A stretch of DNA of 62,553 nt, filler included, from Candidatus Woesearchaeota archaeon (lineage in GTDB: Archaea > Nanobdellota > Nanobdellia > Woesearchaeales > B72-G16), in NCBI GenBank assembly GCA_003650545.1. It is 4 parts of 4 records of this genome, joined end to end, with 100 filler letters (N's around TTAATTAATTAA, not from the genome) between each part and the next. Parts side by side here need not be neighbours in the genome. Positions count along the whole stretch, not along the records: positions 52,772 to 62,553 come from QMQO01000039.1; 3 more parts are not named here. One strand, given 5' to 3'. A program made the position numbers and the translations under genes. Within the stretch, counting starts at the first letter, position 1, and every line of letters begins with the position of its first letter. The notes beneath the pieces were generated by a model. That model was not told the DNA's origin. It made no database searches and worked only from the letters and a program-made list of their open reading frames with translations. Shown one piece after another: positions 58,239-62,553 of the stretch.

Positions 58239-59393
58239 ATGGCTACAGAAAGAGAAAGAATTTTAGCACAAGCAGGCGACCCTCTTTCTCTTAATGAAGT
58301 AAGAGGAGAGCAAGCCGAACAAACAACACAAACTTTGAAATATAGCCCAGAGGTGTTTTTAGAGTTTGGTAAGCAAATAATGAATTTATTGTCTCAATCT
58401 CGGCAATTAGGGACAGCACTTTTTGTAGAGGAAGAATTGTCAGCAAGAGAGAGAATGGCAGAAGAAGTTTTAAAACCTGCTGAAGCAGGAATGCCGCCAA
58501 CTTTACAGCAAAAAATTAGAAGTGCTGAGGTTTCTTCATTAGAACCTTTATTAACTGGAGCCAGAGAAAGAAGGCAGACCTTTGCCGAGCAATTAAGAGG
58601 GTTTGGTACAGCATTAGAACAAGCGAGAGTATTGGGAACTACTTTAGCAAGTTTAGAGCAACGAGTATTAGAAAATCAACTAACAGCCAAACAAGAGGCA
58701 AGAAAAACTATTGAAAGTATGTATAAGTTAGGTGGAAAGCAGGCATTTAGTCATTTAGATGATAAAGAAAAGAGAAAGTGGGAAGCGTTGGCAGGATTAC
58801 CTAAAGGTTTTATTGATGCTTTACCAGAAGTTGAGACAGAAGAATGGACAGAACCTTATACTTTATCAACTGGTGAAGTAGTTCAAAAGAATAAATTAAC
58901 TGGTGAAATAAAAGTTATTAGTAAACCATCAGCAAAAGCAGGTCAACCAGAATTTTCTCAATTATATTCTACTGAAATGGCAACTCGGACTATTAGTAAG
59001 GTAGATGATTTATTAAGGAGGGTTAGTAGATCAACAGTGGGAGGTTTAGCATTGATTCTTTCAAAAGTTCCTGAAACGAGTGCTTATAATTTCAAAGCAG
59101 ATTTAGAGAGTTTGAAGTCAAATATTGCTTTTAATGAGTTAACAGCAATGAGACAGGCATCTAAAACAGGAGGAGCGTTAGGGCAGGTTTCAGATAGAGA
59201 AGGTAGATTGTTAGAATCAGCTTTGGCCTCACTTGATATCGGACAAAGCCCAGAGCATTTTGAAGAAAATTTAAGGAAAATAAAAGAATCAATTCAAAGA
59301 TGGCAAAATGTTTTAAAGCAATATCAAAGTGGAAATTTATCTACAACTCCTTCACAAACTAAAATAGAAGATCCATTAGGTTTATTTAAATAA
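58239..59393 (+). CDS. Putative DNA ejection (pilot) protein
   Basis: Helical; C-terminal L.AMRQASKTGGALGQVSDRE..LL..L...QS motif; ends DPLGLF. Confidence 0.6.
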   Translation: MATERERILAQAGDPLSLNEVRGEQAEQTTQTLKYSPEVFLEFGKQIMNLLSQSRQLGTALFVEEELSARERMAEEVLKPAEAGMPPTLQQKIRSAEVSSLEPLLTGARERRQTFAEQLRGFGTALEQARVLGTTLASLEQRVLENQLTAKQEARKTIESMYKLGGKQAFSHLDDKEKRKWEALAGLPKGFIDALPEVETEEWTEPYTLSTGEVVQKNKLTGEIKVISKPSAKAGQPEFSQLYSTEMATRTISKVDDLLRRVSRSTVGGLALILSKVPETSAYNFKADLESLKSNIAFNELTAMRQASKTGGALGQVSDREGRLLESALASLDIGQSPEHFEENLRKIKESIQRWQNVLKQYQSGNLSTTPSQTKIEDPLGLFK

Positions 59394-59394
59394 T

Positions 59395-60891
59395 ATGACA
59401 GAACAAAAAATTACAATTGAAGAATTGGGTAGAAGAGTAAAAGGAAAATATCCAGAATATCAGAATTACTCCGATGTAGAGATTGGACAGAGGATGTTAA
59501 ATAAATATCCTGTTTATAAGAAATACATTATTGAAACTGAAAAACCTGAAGGGAGGATTGAACCAAAGAGAATGTCTTTTTTGAAATCTTCAGTCGAGAA
59601 ACCTCTTTATCAAAAAGTTGCTGAGCCAATTGCAAAGTTTGGAATGGCTGTCATTCCTGGTTTAAAGCCAATTGCTAAAGGAATTAGATTAGCTATTTTT
59701 AAGCATTTTACTCCAGAAGGTAGAGAGTTAGAGAAGAAAATTACTGAAGGAACTGCTACTCCGGAAGAGCAAAAAGCATATCAAGAATTATATCTAAAAG
59801 AAGCTCCTACTTCTAAAGAGATTATTGGGTCGGCTGGTAAGCTTGGGTTGTTTACTGCAACAAGTGGAGCAAAATTTGCTTTTCCATTTTTGAAAAGTGT
59901 TAAAACATTGCCAACTCTAACAAAATGGGCTGGTTTAGGAGGTTTGTATGGAATTGCAGATGCAATTGAAAAGATGCCAGAAAAAGATGAAAAGAATTTT
60001 ATAATTAAAAAAGCAGCGCAAGGAGCATTAACTTCAACCTTTTTTGCTTCTTTATTAGGTGGAATAGGTAGATTGTCAGAAGGAGTAGTTAATACTTTTA
60101 GTAATGCTATTGCCAGATACAGTAAAAATCCCGAGAAGGCAAGAAGTTTTTTTGCTAAAAGATCTTTATTGGGTAGTGGAAAAAAGATAGAAAAAGAAAT
60201 TAGCAACGAATTGAAAAAATATGAAAATATGATAGGAAATGAATTAAAGGCAAGTAAGGAGAGAATTTTAATGAAGGAAGTATTGAATAAAGCAGTTGAA
60301 AATAAATCTAAACTTTTAGGAGTGGGGAAGAGGTTTATGGAGAAAGAAACTGCGTTAAAAGAGTTTAACAATGCTTTGAAAAAGGTTGACCCAAGTTTAA
60401 GAATTTCTTTAAGACACAAGCCAACTTATGAAGAGTTAAATTGGATTAGAAGACAAATTGATAAAAAACTAACTGATAGGAGTTTTCGGAAATCTCTTAC
60501 TGAATTACCAAACGTGAAAGAGAATTTGATGATTTTGAGGCATGCAATACAAGATATTATTAAGTCAAAATTTCCAGAAACAAAATCTATTTTTGATGAA
60601 TATTCTATGGCAGTATCAGCAAAACAAGCAATAAATAATCTTTTAGAAAGAGCAGAGAAAGGACATTTTTTGAATTTGCCTGATATCATATCTGGAACAT
60701 TAATAGGTGCGCCTTGGTTTTTTCTCCATAAACCCGAAATGGCAATAACAACAGCATTCGGAGCAGTTGCTTTAAGAAATCCAATTGTTCAATATAATTT
60801 GAAGATTTTGCCACAGATGGTTAGCAAAATTATTGGCAGACCATTAACAGGTGCGGAAGTAGGTATTTTTCAAAATTTAGTTAATAAATAA
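59395..60891 (+). CDS. Putative DNA ejection protein
   Basis: N-terminal KYPEY...D...KYP.Y motif, Gly/Ala hydrophobic helices, basic composition. Confidence 0.55.
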   Translation: MTEQKITIEELGRRVKGKYPEYQNYSDVEIGQRMLNKYPVYKKYIIETEKPEGRIEPKRMSFLKSSVEKPLYQKVAEPIAKFGMAVIPGLKPIAKGIRLAIFKHFTPEGRELEKKITEGTATPEEQKAYQELYLKEAPTSKEIIGSAGKLGLFTATSGAKFAFPFLKSVKTLPTLTKWAGLGGLYGIADAIEKMPEKDEKNFIIKKAAQGALTSTFFASLLGGIGRLSEGVVNTFSNAIARYSKNPEKARSFFAKRSLLGSGKKIEKEISNELKKYENMIGNELKASKERILMKEVLNKAVENKSKLLGVGKRFMEKETALKEFNNALKKVDPSLRISLRHKPTYEELNWIRRQIDKKLTDRSFRKSLTELPNVKENLMILRHAIQDIIKSKFPETKSIFDEYSMAVSAKQAINNLLERAEKGHFLNLPDIISGTLIGAPWFFLHKPEMAITTAFGAVALRNPIVQYNLKILPQMVSKIIGRPLTGAEVGIFQNLVNK

Positions 60892-60892
60892 T

Positions 60893-60967
60893 ATGGATAC
60901 ATTACTTGCAATAATTTGGACAATTGTTATAGGGTATATTTTGATTTTTAAAGATCCAACACGATAA
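60893..60967 (+). CDS. 24-aa single-TM peptide
   Basis: MDTLLAIIWTIVIGYILIFKDPTR*; TAATATG junction as at 52953-52959 and 59391-59397. Confidence 0.45.
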   Translation: MDTLLAIIWTIVIGYILIFKDPTR

Positions 60968-60980
60968 AAAGAAGACAAAA

Positions 60981-62291
60981 ATGACTATTTTGAATTCTTT
61001 CTTTAGACAATTTGATTTAAGGGAGAAGGTTTTTAAAGAAACGGTTGAAACACTAAGAAAAAGAAAGAGATTTTTAATCTACGATTTTGGTTTATGCACA
61101 GAGGTCGCCGAAAGAATAGCCAGAGACGGACACGAAGTTTACTACTTTGTTCCTTGGCAAGATGCATTTCCGGAGATGAGAAAGGCAGTAATAGGCGAAG
61201 GATTAGTAAAGAGAATTAAGTATTTTTGGGATTATGTAGATAAAGTTGATTATATTTGTTTTTTTGATACCCACACTCACGATATTGCAGAATATTTAAG
61301 AAAGAAAGGGTATAAAGTATTTGCTCCTTTTAAAGCAGAATTGCTGGAATTGGATAGAATTAAAGGAAGAGAAGTGCAGAAAATAGTTGGTTTGCTAACA
61401 CAAAAAACACAAGTTATTAAAGGATTAGATGCTTTAAAAAAGTATTTACAAAAAGTTTCAGATAAATGGATAAAACTTAATACTTTTAGAGGCACAATTG
61501 AAACTTGGCATCATAGGAATTTTGATGTTTCAGAGGCACAATTTTTAGAGAAGTTGGGTTATGATTTGGGCCCGAAAAGAAATGATGTGGAATTTCTTAT
61601 TGAAGATAGTATTGAAGGAGTAGAACCGGGCTTTGATGGAATGGTAGTAGATGGAAATTATTTATCATCTTGTATGTATGGCTACGAAGCAAAAGGAGCA
61701 GGTTATATTGGCAGAATTGTGCCTTATAAAAAATTGCCTCAACCTTTAAAAGAAGTAAACGACAAACTAAGTATTGCTTTTCAGAAAACGAAGGCAAGAA
61801 CCTTTTTTTCAACAGAGGTTAGAATTACAAAAGAAGGAAAGGGTTATTTGATAGATCCGACAATTAGGTTGCCAATGCCAGTACCGGGTGCAATTGAATT
61901 AGAGATTTATGAGAATATAGTTAATGCGATTATAAATGCTTGCGAAGGGAAAATAACAAATTTAAGACCATTAGCAAGGTATGGAGCGGGGGTTGCGTTA
62001 GAAAGTGAGTGGGCAGAAAATAACTGGTTGAACGTTGATTTTCCACCCAAATTAAGACGATGGATTAAGTTTAGAATGGCTTGTCAACTTAATGGAAAAT
62101 ACTATGCAGTGCCGGGTTTTTCAAGTGTTTGCTCGGTAATTGCAATAGGAAATTCAATTGAAGAGGTAGTGAGATTAGTAAAAGAGAGGGTTAAAATGGT
62201 TTCAGGGAGAGAATTAGACACTGATGCTGGAGGATTAGATTTGGTTATAGAGGAAATTAAAAAAGGCAAGAAATATGGTATTAATTTTTAA
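60981..62291 (+). CDS. ATP-grasp ligase, PurD-like
   Basis: LELDR..G, WIK, IE..IEGVE, STEVRI....YLIDPT.R.P.P. Confidence 0.7.
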   Translation: MTILNSFFRQFDLREKVFKETVETLRKRKRFLIYDFGLCTEVAERIARDGHEVYYFVPWQDAFPEMRKAVIGEGLVKRIKYFWDYVDKVDYICFFDTHTHDIAEYLRKKGYKVFAPFKAELLELDRIKGREVQKIVGLLTQKTQVIKGLDALKKYLQKVSDKWIKLNTFRGTIETWHHRNFDVSEAQFLEKLGYDLGPKRNDVEFLIEDSIEGVEPGFDGMVVDGNYLSSCMYGYEAKGAGYIGRIVPYKKLPQPLKEVNDKLSIAFQKTKARTFFSTEVRITKEGKGYLIDPTIRLPMPVPGAIELEIYENIVNAIINACEGKITNLRPLARYGAGVALESEWAENNWLNVDFPPKLRRWIKFRMACQLNGKYYAVPGFSSVCSVIAIGNSIEEVVRLVKERVKMVSGRELDTDAGGLDLVIEEIKKGKKYGINF

Positions 62292-62296
62292 AAACT

Positions 62297-62553
62297 ATGG
62301 AAAAGAAATTTAAACTATACAAAAAATTAGGAGCAACTTTAATAGATAAGGGCATTTGGTTTTTGAAAACCGCCCATAATGTTAAAGTTAAGAAAATTAT
62401 TACTTGGAAGGAATTAGTTGATATTCTAAACAAGAAATACAAAGTGCCACGGGACAAGATTATTTGTGCTGATGGAGAATATCACTTAACTGATTGGCAA
62501 ACTTGGCAAAGTTTAATAGAATATGATTGGACAGATAAAAGAAAGTATAGAAA
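62297..62553 (+). CDS. Partial ORF, possibly transglutaminase/papain-like
   Basis: MEKKFKLY...ADGEY...YDWTDKRKYR, open to the window end. Catalytic residues are not visible. Confidence 0.5.
   Translation, partial: MEKKFKLYKKLGATLIDKGIWFLKTAHNVKVKKIITWKELVDILNKKYKVPRDKIICADGEYHLTDWQTWQSLIEYDWTDKRKYR

Larger units (their letters stand above)
52772..62553 (+). mobile_element. Phage or provirus fragment, podovirus-like tail and ejection module
   Basis: Tightly packed same-strand genes, nozzle-like and ejection-like proteins, LysM, all stops TAA, starts lacking SD. Confidence 0.8.

Noticed and set aside
52772..62553. Alternative genetic code in the phage
   Set aside because: Stops are all TAA, but no in-frame TAG or TGA interrupts the genes, so there is no positive evidence of reassignment.

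Overview
The window is four separate assembly contigs joined by artificial 100-nt linkers (44 N + TTAATTAATTAA + 44 N at 17807-17906, 35372-35471, 52672-52771), so adjacency across linkers is not evidence of linkage. Segments 1-3 look like a DPANN archaeon, most like Woesearchaeota, based on archaeal class III pilins, TATA boxes and archaeal-type MetRS. Segment 1 (1-17806): a broken IS200 tnpA, ogt/HAD/kinase, nadE, a type IV pilus locus (six pilin-like genes, ATPase, two TadC-like proteins) and surface proteins. Segment 2 (17907-35371): a cluster of large exported proteins interrupted by a HEPN-MNT cassette bounded by a perfect 26-bp direct repeat, metG with a long Lys-rich extension, and the right end of an IS200 element. 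Segment 3 (35472-52671) is the most interesting: a 1719-aa secreted polymorphic-toxin-like protein (HExxH plus C-terminal PD-(D/E)xK) with candidate immunity genes and split gingipain-like modules, followed by a VirB2/VirB6/PrgI/VirB4 type IV secretion-like operon. Both operons carry the same palindromic motif exactly 30 bp before an identical TATA element. Segment 4 (52772-62553) is a podovirus-like virion/ejection gene block with a LysM protein, probably a bacteriophage co-binned with the archaeon. I found no rRNA, tRNA or CRISPR array. All domain calls come from recognising motifs by eye, not from database searches.
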